In this document: positions 22,535-40,069 of the stretch, piece after piece | Layout: each line of letters starts with the position of its first letter | How positions within the stretch are numbered: the stretch's first letter is position 1 | DNA from: the human T2T-CHM13v2.0 reference genome, Homo sapiens | Assembly: GCF_009914755.1 (NCBI RefSeq) | Contig: NC_060943.1 | Length of the DNA: 64,000 bases | Reading direction: 5' to 3' (one strand) | Translations under genes and position numbers: made by a program | The notes under the pieces: model-generated | The model's input: the letters and a program-made list of their open reading frames with translations, nothing else | Database searches by the model: none | What the model was told of the DNA's origin: nothing

Positions 22535-22820
22535 TCAGGCTCTGAACCCCACACCAATCATAACACAACACACAGTAGGTTTGTTTTTGTTTTTTATTTT
22601 GGGCTTTTGTTTGTTGTGGAGACAGCGTCACCCAGGCTGTAATGCAATGGTACAATCATAGCTCACTGTAGCCCTGAACTCCTAGACTCAAACAATCCTC
22701 CCACCTCGGCCTCCTGAGTAGCTGGGACTACAGGGGCATGCCACCACGCCTAGCTAAATTTTTTTTTTTTATTTTTAGTAGAGATGAGGTCTCCCTATGT
22801 TGCCCAGATTAGTGTCTTAA

Positions 22821-23134
<314 letters not shown>

Positions 23135-23181
23135 TGATCCGCCCGCCTCGGCCTCCCAAAGTGCTGGGATTACAGGCGTGA

Positions 23182-23525
<344 letters not shown>

Positions 23526-23953
23526 TTAAGAGACGGGGTCTTACTATGTTGCCCAGGCTGGACTCTCAAACTCCTGGGCTCAAGGAATCCTTCTACCACA
23601 GCTTTCTGAGTAGCTGGGGCTACAAGCCCCTGCCACAGTACCTGGCTGTTTTTGTTTTTTTATAATTGTGGTAAAATATAAACAACATGGCCGGGTGTGG
23701 TGGCTCACGCCTGTAATCTCAACACTCTGGGAGGTTGAGGTGGGAGGATTACTTGAACCCAGGAGTTCAAGACCAGTCTGGGCAACTTGGCAAAACCGTG
23801 TTTCTACAAAAAATAAAAATATTAGCTGGGCAGCCAGGCGCAGTGGCTCATGCCTGCAATCCCAGCACTTTGGGAGGCTGAGGTGGATGGATCACCTGAG
23901 AGGTCAGGAGTTTGAGACCACCCTGGCCAACATGGTGAAAACCTGTCTCTTTA

Positions 23954-24474
<521 letters not shown>

Positions 24475-24736
24475 TTAGGTGTACAGTTCAGTGGCATTAA
24501 GTACATTCACACTGTTGTGCAACCATCCCCACTATTTCCAGGATGTCTTCGTCATCCCAAACAGAAACTCTGGGTGTTTTCAATCTGCTGATGATTGCTA
24601 CAGAGGAATTCCAGGGGACATCTGTTGCGCACCTACTGTGCTCACGCTGGGGCCTCTGGGATGGACAGGATTCTGCCAAGGCAGACATCTGGGTCAAGAC
24701 AGTCCTGCACAGTTGTTCAGGTTGTGGCCAAGGTTG

Positions 24737-24923
24737 CGTTTGCAGATTTGCCATGTAAAAATACAGGATGCTCAGTTACATTTGAATTTCAGATTAATAG
24801 CAAAAAAAACTTTTTGGTATAATTCTGAAATATTTCATGGGACATATTTATACTAAAACGTCATGCACTGTTGATTTGAAATTCAAATGTAATTGGGCCT
24901 CCTCTATTTCGTCTGGCAAGCGT
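24737..24923. mobile_element. MER53-like palindromic hAT MITE
   Basis: cagatttg..taaaaatacaggatgctcagttacatttgaatttcaga ... tgaaattcaaatgtaattggg..tctggcaa: long inverted arms matching MER53 as recalled. Confidence 0.8.
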
Positions 24924-25037
24924 AGACAAAAGAATCCAGTCCAGGCCAGGCGCGGTGGCTCAAGCCTGTAATCCCAGCACTTTGGGAGGCCGAGGCGGGC
25001 GGATCACGAGGTCAGGAGATCGAGACCATCCTGGCTA

Positions 25038-25518
<481 letters not shown>

Positions 25519-25977
25519 TTACAGGTGGGAGCCACCGCCCTGGCCCTGGGCCTGATGTTGATGACCTCCTACTATGTGCACCTGCAGCTCTCCTGCATAG
25601 GCCTCAGCCGTCCTGCATGAGGACACTGGGAGGCAGGTGCTCCCTATCAACCCCGTGTTACAGTTGAACAAACTGAGCCCCAGAAAAGAAAACGTATTTG
25701 CCCAGGTCACACGGTGAAGAAGTGAGGGATTCGAAGCCCAGGTCCATCTGAAGCCAGAGTCACCCAGAGGAGAAAGAGTTGGAATTGAGAACTCAAGGAA
25801 TGCTTGGAAGTGATCGGGCTCGAGCCCACCTAGGAAGAAACAGAGGCTGGAGACATGAGACTGTGTTGCTATTTCCTCTCATCAACCCTTGGGCCCTATT
25901 GAGGCCCTACCACAAGCCTGGCCCTGCAGCCCAGTGACTAGGAGAAATTAGACACAAGATAATAATAACAGCAATGA

Positions 25978-26255
<278 letters not shown>

Positions 26256-26397
26256 TTTTCATATTTTTAGTAGAGATGGGGTTTCACCGTGTTAGCCAAG
26301 ATGGTCTCGATCTCCTGACCTCGTGATCCGCCTGCCTCGGCCTCCCAAAGTGTTGGGGTTACAGGCATGAGCCACCGCGCCTGGCCAACAGCAATGA

Positions 26398-26813
<416 letters not shown>

Positions 26814-27101
26814 TGAGGCCAGCAAATGAGGCTGTCATGGGAGGTGGAGACAGGATTTGAACCTGCCTCAGTGCAGGAGGCTCAAGAGCCTCTGTCTTCT
26901 CTCAGGGCACTGTGTGGGAGGGTGAGAAGGAGGGAGGCCCACAGAGGCATGACCTCTGATTGCCACTGTCACCTGGGCCCTGCTCTCTGAAGTCTCTGCC
27001 AAGCGGGGAGGTGGCCGGGGGAGGGCCCTGCTCTGTGCAGCCTCCCCTCCCCCGGCCCGCAGAGTTGAGCACAGAGGGACAGAGGCACGGAACCCCCAGA
27101 A

Positions 27102-27177
27102 ATGTCCCTCCTCAGAAACAGGCTCCAGGCCCTGCCTGCCCTGTGCCTCTGCGTGCTGGTCCTGGCCTGCATTGGGG
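27102..27177 (+). CDS. APOC4: Apolipoprotein C-IV exon 1 (signal peptide)
   Basis: ATG at 27102 encodes [25 protein letters not shown]; GT donor at 27178. Confidence 0.97.
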
Positions 27178-27209
27178 GTGAGAAGAAGTGGGTGGAGGGA
27201 TGTGGGGCC

Positions 27210-27575
27210 CACACCTGGTGGGTGTGAGTGTGGCTGTGTGTCCTGTGGCTCTGTAGCCACGTGAGACATGAGTACGGAGTGTGTGCGTTTCATGGCGTGC
27301 GTATGCATGTGCGTGTCGGGGAGTGTGTGTGTCGGTGGCTGAGAGTGAAGTGTGAATGTCACATTGGTACAAACTGGGATCATCTGTGTGTGTGCACGTG
27401 CGTGCGTGGAAGTGGGAGTATGCAGTCGTGGTAAAAAAGTGCATGTCTGTGTGCATATGTGTATTTGTGTGCACCTGTCTCTCTGTGGGGTATGTGTGTG
27501 CAAAATATTTGAGTGTGTGGACATGTGTGAGGGGGTGAGTGTGTGCTGGTGTGTACGTCTGTGTTTTGCATATGC
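27210..27575. repeat. Degenerate (GT)n-rich low-complexity tract, APOC4 intron 1
   Basis: ~360 bp of interrupted gtgt/gcgt/atgt. Confidence 0.85.
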
Positions 27576-27638
27576 ATTTTTTTTTTTTTTTTTGAGACGG
27601 AGTCTCACTCTGTCACCCAGGCTGGAGTGCAGTGGTAG

Positions 27639-27950
<312 letters not shown>

Positions 27951-28028
27951 TAGCCAGGATGGTCTCCATATCCTGACCTCGTGATCCGCCTGCCTCGGCC
28001 TTCCAAAGTGCTAGGATTATAGGCGTGA

Positions 28029-28205
<177 letters not shown>

Positions 28206-28360
28206 TAAAATGGGATCATATTCTAGATCAGCATTATCCAGTAGAAATTTAAATTTTTAATACAGGGCCAGGCACGGTGGCTCATGCCTGTAATCCCAGC
28301 ACTTTCGGAGGCCGAGGCGGGTGGATCGCAAGGTCAGGAGATTTGAGATCATCCTGGCTA

Positions 28361-28900
<540 letters not shown>

Positions 28901-29050
28901 TCAGACAGGGTGGGGGTCACAGGAGAACGAAGGGAGAAGGGGGTAGTTCCTGGGCAGCAAAATCAGGTGGTGAAGGGAGGCATCAGAGGATGGCAATTAG
29001 AGAGGCCATTAGAGGGGAACCACAGGCAGACAGGGTGACAGGAGGGACTA

Positions 29051-29542
<492 letters not shown>

Positions 29543-29572
29543 CTACCCAAGTTGCCCTCTGGTTCCACCTAG

Positions 29573-29714
29573 CATGCCAGCCAGAGGCCCAGGAAGGAAC
29601 CCCGAGCCCCCCACCAAAGCTAAAGATGAGTCGCTGGAGCCTGGTGAGGGGCAGGATGAAGGAGCTGCTGGAGACAGTGGTGAACAGGACCAGAGACGGG
29701 TGGCAATGGTTCTG
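29573..29714 (+). CDS. APOC4: Apolipoprotein C-IV exon 2
   Basis: AG at 29571-29572; encodes (A)[46 protein letters not shown](W); GT at 29715. Confidence 0.97.
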
Positions 29715-29739
29715 GTGAGGGTGTGCTGGGCTGGGTGGT

Positions 29740-29885
29740 GGGAGGGGACTCCTGGGTCTGAGGGAGGAGGGGCTGGGGCCTGGACCCCTGAGTCTCAGGG
29801 AGGAGGAAAGGGTGGGAGTGGGGCTGTGACCCCTAGGTCTGGGAGGAGTGGAGGGTTAGAGCTGAGAGCAGGAACTCCTAGGTCA
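29740..29885 (-). repeat. MSR1-type 37-bp minisatellite units (antisense), APOC4 intron 2
   Basis: gactcctgggtctgagggaggaggggctggggcctggac is the reverse complement of the APOC2 intron 3 unit, followed by decayed copies. Confidence 0.8.
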
Positions 29886-29963
29886 CAGAGAGGAGCGGAT
29901 AAATGGGGCAGAGAACACCTGGGGAGAGCTGGGGCCTCCACTGTGATGTCCTCTCTCCTGTAG

Positions 29964-30129
29964 GAGCCCGAGCACCTTCCGGGGCTTCATGCAGACCTAC
30001 TATGACGACCACCTGAGGGACCTGGGTCCGCGCACCAAGGCCTGGTTCCTCGAATCCAAAGACAGCCTCTTGAAGAAGACCCACAGCCTGTGCCCCAGGC
30101 TTGTCTGTGGGGACAAGGACCAGGGTTAA
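29964..30129 (+). CDS. APOC4: Apolipoprotein C-IV exon 3
   Basis: Encodes (W)[54 protein letters not shown] then TAA, 127 aa in total. AATAAA at 30299-30308, after an Alu monomer in the 3'UTR. Confidence 0.97.
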
Positions 30130-30699
30130 AATGTTCATAAAAGCCAGGTGTGGTTGTGGCGGGTGCCTGTAGTCCCAGCTACTCAGGAGGCTGAGGTAGG
30201 ATGATGGCTTGAGCCCAGGAGTTCGAGACCAGCCTGGGCAACACAGCGAGATCTCTTGGGGGTAAAACAAAAAGAAAAAAAAAAGTTCATACTTCTCCAA
30301 TAAATAAAGTCTCACCTGTGTCCCTGTCTGGATCCTTCCCCAGTGTGGCCAGAAAAAAACCCACCCCACTGCCTCCCAGGAATCAATGAGTAGAAGAGGT
30401 GACACCTGATGGGGAAGGAAGAGTAGGGAGGTCGGGAAGGGTATCAAGGAATAACACCCTATTGTGGGCTTGCGGAGAATGGGGGACTTCAAGGCGTGTC
30501 AGTTTCAGGAGGGTGAGGGCAGGAGCGTGGGTGGAGTCAGCAGGTCCCCATGATGGCCCTCACTGAGAGCTTCGCCCTTGTCTCCTACAAGCTCTGACTC
30601 CATTCCCAGTGGGCACCCAGCACCTCCAACCCCTCCACAGCCCCCAACCCAGCCTCTGTCGGAGGCGAATTCTCAGAGTGAGGGTTCCCTGTCACTTGA

Positions 30700-30899
30700 G
30701 AGAAGGTTCCCTGTGACGTGACCTTGGGGGACGTCATTGCCCTTTCTGTCCCCACCCACCCCCTCGGCAGTTCTGTTGGCCAGGACTTTGGCCTAGACAA
30801 AGGATGGGGGTTGTGGCTGTGGAGCGGAAGTGGGTCTCAACCACTATAAAGCCTCTCTGTGCCCGTCCGGAGCTGGTGAGGACAGCCTGCCAGAGTCTG
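30700..30899 (+). promoter_or_regulatory. APOC2: APOC2 promoter and non-coding exon 1
   Basis: TATAAA at 30845-30850, HNF4-like aggactttgg at ~30782-30791, TGACGT/TGACCT half-sites at ~30714-30736, and donor ctg|gtaag at 30899/30900. Confidence 0.88.
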
Positions 30900-31013
30900 G
30901 TAAGAAAGGGACTCAGGGTGCGGGGACAGGGGGGCGTCAGCAGGGAGAGGGCAAAGATCGATAAAGCAGGAATTTTAAGAGGCACAATATTAGAAGCCCG
31001 TGTTGGAACCATG

Positions 31014-31015
<2 letters not shown>

Positions 31016-31071
<56 letters not shown>
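31016..31071 (+). repeat. Compound microsatellite (TG)20(AG)8, APOC2 intron 1
   Basis: Direct count; a known polymorphic APOC2 marker, located at the tail of an antisense Alu. Confidence 0.92.
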
Positions 31072-31072
<1 letters not shown>

Positions 31073-31454
31073 GAGATGGAGTCTCGCTATGTAGCCCAGG
31101 CTAGACTCAAACTCCTGGGCTCAAGCAATCCTCCTGCCTCAGCCTCCCCAGTAGCTGGGACTACAGGTGCACCACCACACTCCACAAATCACAGAATTTA
31201 GAACTGTAGACTATTTGAGCTTCTGCTTAGAGTTAGGGTGGCTGAGGTGGGGAGGATCCCTTGAGCCCAGGAGTTTGAGGATGCAGTGAGCTGTGATCTT
31301 GCCACCGTGTTCCAGCCTGGGTGACAGAGAAACCCCATTTCTAAAAAAGAGAAAGAAAAAGGGATAGGTACAATGGCTCATGCCTGTAATCCCAGCACTC
31401 TGGGAGGCCGAGGCGGGTGGATCACTTGAGGTCAGGAGTTCGACACCAGCCTTA

Positions 31455-31667
<213 letters not shown>

Positions 31668-31678
31668 TTAAAAAACTA

Positions 31679-31864
<186 letters not shown>

Positions 31865-31867
31865 TCA

Positions 31868-32026
<159 letters not shown>

Positions 32027-32456
32027 TCAGATCTCACCCTCTTTCTGCCGTACTTCCTCATCTCCTACGTGTGGATGATGATATTGTGCCCTGTGCATGT
32101 TCTTCGTCACCAAAAGTGCCTCTCTCATAGAGCAGGTGAGAACTCAGTGAGGAGATGCAGGGACATGAGGTCTGACTTAGGGCAGAGCCCTAAGGTAACA
32201 CATTTGATCTACTGTAGGTCCTTAATGGTGTCTGCAGAGCACCTCCCTGCACTGACTCAGCCTTAGCAAAGGGCAGAGGCTTTGCTGTGTTCCCTGCTGG
32301 GCCCAGAACTGTTTAGGTGCTCAAGAAAGCCTTCTAGGCTGGGCTCAGTGGCTCACACCTGTACTCCCAGCACCCTGGGGAGGCCGAGATGGGAGGATCG
32401 CTTGAGCCCAGGAGTTCCAGACCAGCCTGGGCAACAAAGCAAGTCTCCCATCTCTA

Positions 32457-32627
<171 letters not shown>

Positions 32628-32893
32628 TCAAGCCTGTAATCCTAGCACTTTGGGAGGCCAAGGTGGGCGGATCACGAGGTCAGAAGTTCGAGACCAGCCT
32701 GGCCAGCATGGTGAAACCCCATCTCTACTAAAAATACAAAATATTAGCCGGGCATGGTGGCAGGTGCTTGTGATTCCAGCTCCTTGGGAGGCTGAGGCAG
32801 AAGAATTGCTAGAACCCTGGAGGCAGAGGTTGCAGTGAGCCGAGAACACGCCACTGCACTCCAGCCTGGGTGACAGAGCGAGACTCCATCTCA

Positions 32894-33203
<310 letters not shown>

Positions 33204-33302
33204 TCAGTCCCCCCCACCAGAGTGGGGCGTGACCACAGGAACAGCCGCCTCCAGTCAGCCTGCCACATGACACCCCCTCAATGTTCCAGGTCTCTGGACA
33301 CT

Positions 33303-33357
33303 ATGGGCACACGACTCCTCCCAGCTCTGTTTCTTGTCCTCCTGGTATTGGGATTTG
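33303..33357 (+). CDS. APOC2: Apolipoprotein C-II exon 2 coding part
   Basis: Exon starts at 33290; ATG at 33303 encodes MGTRLLPALFLVLLVLGF; GT at 33358. Confidence 0.98.
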
Positions 33358-33524
33358 GTGAGTGTGGGCTTCCGGGGAGGGAAGCCTTGGGGAGGGGAAT
33401 GAGCTCCAAGCATCTTCCCAGCCCAGGCCCTTCTTACCTCTGCCTCTGCCCTCTCCTCTTCTTCCTTCCTCCTTTCCCCCTGCTGCAGCCCCACGGGCTC
33501 TCCTGACACACTCTCCCCCTGCAG

Positions 33525-33684
33525 AGGTCCAGGGGACCCAACAGCCCCAGCAAGATGAGATGCCTAGCCCGACCTTCCTCACCCAGGTGAAGGAATCTCT
33601 CTCCAGTTACTGGGAGTCAGCAAAGACAGCCGCCCAGAACCTGTACGAGAAGACATACCTGCCCGCTGTAGATGAGAAACTCAG
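33525..33684 (+). CDS. APOC2: Apolipoprotein C-II exon 3
   Basis: Encodes (E)[52 protein letters not shown](R); AG/GT flanks. Confidence 0.98.
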
Positions 33685-33739
33685 GTAGCACCTGCCCCTG
33701 GAGAAATGGGGTCTGGCCCATACCACCGACTGCATCCAG

Positions 33740-33962
33740 GACCCAGAAGTTCAGGCCCCAGCCCCTCCTCCCTCAGACCCAGGAGTCCAGGCCTCAGCCC
33801 CTCCTCCCTCAGACCCAGGAGTCCAGGCCCCCAGCCCCTCTTCCTCCCTCAGACCCAGGAGTCCAGGCCCCCAGCCCCTCCTCCCTCAGACCCAGGAGTC
33901 CAGGCCCCCAGACCCTCCTCCCTCAGACCCAGGAGTCCAGGCCCCCAGCCCCTCCTCCCTCT
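33740..33962 (+). repeat. MSR1-type ~37-bp minisatellite, APOC2 intron 3
   Basis: Five complete plus two partial copies of cccagcccctcctccctcagacccaggagtccagg. Confidence 0.93.
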
Positions 33963-33985
33963 AACCATCTGTGCTTTCTCCCCAG

Positions 33986-34076
33986 GGACTTGTACAGCAA
34001 AAGCACAGCAGCCATGAGCACTTACACAGGCATTTTTACTGACCAAGTTCTTTCTGTGCTGAAGGGAGAGGAGTAA
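33986..34076 (+). CDS. APOC2: Apolipoprotein C-II exon 4 (lipoprotein-lipase-activating C-terminus)
   Basis: Encodes (R)[29 protein letters not shown] then TAA; 55+160+91 = 306 nt = 101 aa plus stop. AATAAA at 34204-34209. Confidence 0.98.
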
Positions 34077-34802
34077 CAGCCAGACCCCCCATCAGTGGAC
34101 AAGGGGAGAGTCCCCTACTCCCCTGATCCCCCAGGTTCAGACTGAGCTCCCCCTTCCCAGTAGCTCTTGCATCCTCCTCCCAACTCTAGCCTGAATTCTT
34201 TTCAATAAAAAATACAATTCAAGTTGCTTCTCATGGATGGCACTGCTTTTCTGAGGACTCAAGGTGCCAAGATGGAGGGGCTGACTCAGTCCAGCCAACA
34301 TTTAATGAGCACCTACTTTATGTATGGAGCTCTAACCCATGGGTCCATGGGAATAAAGCAGTGAATAGTAACAATAAATAATTGTAACAGCAATTAGAGA
34401 CTAATCTTTATTGAAGTCCGGCTTTCTCTCTTTTATTTTTTTATTTTTTGAGACAGGGTTTCACTCTGTCACCCAGGCTGGACAGCAGTGGTGCAATCTC
34501 GGCTCACTGCACCCTCCGCCTCCCAGGTTCCAGCGATTCTGTGTGCCTCAGCCTCTGGAGTAGCTGGGATTATGGGCATGTGCCACTGTGCACGGCTAAT
34601 GTTTGTATTTTTAGTAGGGTTTTGCCAGTTGGCTAGGCTGGTCTCAAACTTCTGACCTCAAGTGATCCACCCGCCTCAGCCTCCCAAAGTACTGGGGTGA
34701 CAGGCATGAGCCACTGCGCCAGGCCAAAATCCAGCTTTCTCATTTGTAAAATAACAAATCATAGACACAGCTAGTCCACAGTGGCCTCTGACAGTCTCCA
34801 GT

Positions 34803-35152
34803 TGTTAACAGTGAATGGTGTCCAGGTTTTTGGCGTCCTGAACAAAGAACTGGACAAAACGCACAAACAAAGCAAGGAAGGAATGAAGGGATTTATTGAA
34901 AACGAACATACACTAAACAGTGTGGGAGCGGGCCCAAGCATATGGGTTCAAAAGCCCTGTTACAGAATTTTTGGGAGTTTAAATTCCCCCTAGAGGATTC
35001 CCCTTCCACTGGTTACTTCTGGTACACCCTATGTAAATGGAGAGGATGAAGAAAAGTTACAAAGTCATTTATGGCCTACCGGAGAGGATGTTTCCTGTTA
35101 TAGCTGAAGTGAATTGGCCTTATGTTCCCTGCCTCCCTATTTTCCTGCCTTA
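34803..35152 (-). mobile_element. Solo ERV1 LTR (MER51-like)
   Basis: tgttaac..gtgtccagg..gaacaaagaactggacaaaacgcacaaacaaagcaagg ... ttttcctgcctta, with a 4-bp TSD cagt (34799-34802 and 35153-35156). Subfamily assigned from memory. Confidence 0.75.
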
Positions 35153-35203
35153 CAGTTGCTGGACTGACACATTTTTTATTTTATTTATTTTGTTTTGAGA
35201 TAA

Positions 35204-35392
<189 letters not shown>

Positions 35393-36579
35393 TAGTCTCC
35401 AATTCCTGGGCTCAAGCGATCTGCCCACCTTGCCCTTCCAAAGTGTTGAGATTACGGGTGTGAACCACCGCACCAGGCCTGGGCTGACACTTTAAACGTG
35501 CCATTGCAATCAGTGTATAATGGTCCCGTGGCAGAGGGAGAATGGTGCCCAAGTCAGTACTTCTTGGCTGGGACCCAAGAAGACAAACCTCTAGGGCCGG
35601 CGTGGTGGCTCACGCCTGTAATCCCAGCACTTTGGTTGGCTGAGGTGGGCAGATCATCTGAGGTCAGGAGTTCAAGACCAGCCTGGCCAACATGGTGAAA
35701 CCTTGTCTCTAATAAAAACACAAAAATTAGCTAGGGGTGGCCCGCGCCTGTAATCCCAGTTACCTGGAGGCTGAGGCAGGAGAATTGCTTGTACCCTGGA
35801 GGCGGAAATAGTGCCACTGCACTCCAGCCTGGGCAGCAGAGTGAGACTCCGTCTCTAAAAAAAAAAAGAAAAACTTATTAAAAAAAAATTGCAAGCAAAA
35901 AGCACAGAAGGCAGAAGGTGCAAATAAGCAGAAGCTCCATGGTCTGAAGGAGGCCAGTGCTGGGACCATGAATGAAGGGGGCTGGGGGCCAAGATTCCTG
36001 TATCCTGAGGGAGTCCAGGGTGGTACTGCTCCCCAAGTCCCATGGGTGGGGCTATTGGTCTCTGGGGATCCACTGCTTGTATTTCTCCTAATCTGCTTGG
36101 CATTAACCTCCTGCCAGGCTTTCAACACCCTTGGGGCAGTTTTCCCAGGTCCTGAGGCTGGGCAGCTGAGTCCAGTAAAAAACAGGGGCCCTGGAGAGGG
36201 ACTGTGGGCAATGCCCCCGAGTCCCCGGGGCCTGGGAAGAACAGAGGCTGCCAAGCGCAGGGGGTGGTGGGGAGGGGAAGACCCTGGAGTAACAATCCCT
36301 GCTGTGTCCACTTGGTTCCCACGGACTCGAGCCAAACCAAAGCACTGCCCGGACCAGTTCGGCTTCCAACCAATCCTGGTGCTGGCCTCAGACTCCTCCT
36401 TTCTTTCTCAGAACCCCATTCCCCTCAGGGCCCCCAGAGTCCAGGCCCCTAGATTCTTCTTCCCCTAGAACTCAGGAGTCTGGGACCCCCCAGTCCCTTC
36501 TCCTCAGGACCTAGAAGGTTGGATCCCCAGCCCCCTTTCTCCCTTAGAACCTGAAATCACAGCCCTTGATCAGTATTTT

Positions 36580-36593
36580 GCGCCCCCTAGTGG
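36580..36593 (-). promoter_or_regulatory. Candidate CTCF site
   Basis: The minus strand reads CCACTAGGGGGCGC, a near-perfect CTCF core. Confidence 0.7.
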
Positions 36594-37231
36594 AGAGAAG
36601 AGTGGGTCTGTCCTGTGACTTACATACAGCAGGAATGGCAGAATTTTTTACTTATTATGATTTTTAATTTCTTTAGAGACAGGGTCTCACTCTGTCACCC
36701 AGGCTGGAGTGCAGTAATGTGATCACAGCTAATTGCAACCTCGAACGAACTCCTGGGCTCCGGCATCCCTCCCACCTCAGCCTCAGAGTAGCTGGACCAC
36801 AGGTGGATGCCACCACACCACCTAATTTTGTTAATTTTTAGTAGAGCTAGGATCTCGCTATGTCACCAAGGCTGGTCTTAAACTCCTAGGCTCAAGCGAT
36901 CCTTCTGCCTCAGCCTCCCAGAGTGCTAGGATTACAGGCATGAGCCACGAAGCCTGGACGGAATGGCAGAATTTATTTGGTCACTCCACAGAGCATAGGA
37001 AGGCTCTGCAGGGAACCTGCCTCCACAAGAGCCCTGTCCAAGGTCACACTTCTCATGAGAAGCTTAGACCTCATCATGCTCCAACACATTGGCCCTTGCA
37101 GTGTATGAGACTTGGAGAGCAGATTGCAGCAGTTTGTATTTATAGCTGAGAGCGCAGTTGGGGTTGCAGTGAGGCTGGAGAAAGTTTCAAAGCCCCTCAC
37201 TTGCCTGGGCTTTCCATGGTCCTCTACCTAA

Positions 37232-37426
<195 letters not shown>

Positions 37427-37690
37427 TAGTAGAGATGGGGTTTCTCCATTTTGGTCAGGCTGGTCTCGAAGTCCTGACCTCAGGTGATCCGCCAGCCTCT
37501 GCCTCCCAAAGTGCTGGGATTACAGTGTGAGCCACTACACCCAGCCAATTTTGTCCTTTTAAAAGAGGCCAGGCCAGGCGCGGTGGCTCATGCCTGTACT
37601 CCCAGCACTTTGGGAGACAGAGGCAGGCGGATCACGAGGTCAGGAGATCAAGACCATCCTGGCTAACACAGTGAAACCCCGTCTCTACTA

Positions 37691-38356
<666 letters not shown>

Positions 38357-38968
38357 TAAGGTTCCTTCTTGTCCTGTGTTAGCCCTCAGAGAGGTAAGTC
38401 ACTCACCTTCTGCACCTAGAGAGCCTCATCCCCAGGGCAATCATCCCCAGGGCAGTGCTGGAGATACAGCAGTGACCACAACAGTCCCAGGTCAGCCTGC
38501 CCAGTTAGGGAGACACACCCATCCCTGACAGTGATGACACAAAGTGAGCAGGGATGGGGTGGAGGAGCTGAGGGGGCAAGGGAGGATAGGAAAAGGGCTC
38601 AGAGAGAGTTTCCTAGAGCGAGAGCTACTGTTACAGGGCTGAGACCTAGAGGAAAGTGGAGGAAACCGATGATAAAATGATAATTATATATTCAGAATAT
38701 CCCAATGCAAAGCTTACTCTTTTTCCAGGTAATATATAAGGTTCACAATCACAGCGCTCCAAATATTGACCACTTAAGCATGAGGCCCAGAGCCTGATGT
38801 TTTCCATTCGCCATCTAACTACGTCTTCCCAATAACACAGCGGGGCAAAACGGGAAGATGAAGAACGAGTATGATTATATCCCTAGTTTATAAAAGGGGA
38901 GAAACTGAGGCTCAAACATAGATGTCACTTGTCACCAGCCTGACCAACACGGTGAAACCCCGTCTCTA

Positions 38969-39284
<316 letters not shown>

Positions 39285-40069
39285 TCACTTGTCCAGGATA
39301 TCTTATCCAGTCAGTAGCACCACAAGGGTTAGAACCCTGGCCAGACATCCACCCAATTTCACGGGTGAACAGTTAACAGCCTCTGAGAGTCTTGTCCTCT
39401 CTGGGCCTCCGTAACACCCTCTCCAAACTAAGGGTCTCTCAGCAGATGGCCGGGTTTAGAGCTGTACGAAGACACACAGCTAATGAAAAATTGTGGAATT
39501 CTCAGAGCCCGTGAAGCCTAGCCCACGGATGCGAGGTTTGGACCACTGAGGGAACGCGCATGCGTGCTAGGCAGGGCAGTCCGAAGGCTTGGGGGTGTAT
39601 CATAGGGTCTCATCGGAGGTTTGTTGGCCGTAAGACCCCTGGAATTGGAACTCTAAAAACACAGAAAGGATATGAGCTCAGGAGACTTGAACGAAAGAGT
39701 TGTCTTAGGAAGAGGGGTCAGACGACAAGGGTGCTGGGCAAAAGGCTAGTTCTTCGAATCAGAATACGGTGGCCAGAAAGGTTCCTCTGACGAAAGAGGG
39801 GCGTGGTTCGAAGCCGTACAGTGGCCGGTAAAGCTCAAGAAACATGGAACGAAAAGGACGCGAAGAATCGGCAGGGAGAAGCGGACAGGATGTCCCGAAA
39901 GGCTCATATAACCGAAAAGGCGGGTTAATGTGAAGGGACGGAAGGGACAGAACTTGCGGGAGGCACATGCTGGCCGAGAAAGTCCTGGAGTTCGGAGCAT
40001 ACAGTGTTTTTATTAGGTGGAAACAAACGGGCTGGGAGAAAGACGAGTACGGTGGCCAGGTTGGTCCTT

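Noticed and set aside
26868-27608. 246-aa His/Thr-rich minus-strand ORF, the longest in the track
   Set aside because: It arises from the (GT)n low-complexity tract antisense to APOC4 intron 1.
33672-34076. 134-aa ORF with PQTQESRP repeats ending in the apoC-II C-terminus; array superficially CRISPR-like
   Set aside because: It is an intronic MSR1 minisatellite read into exon 4. The tandem units have no unique spacers, there are no cas genes, and the context is eukaryotic.
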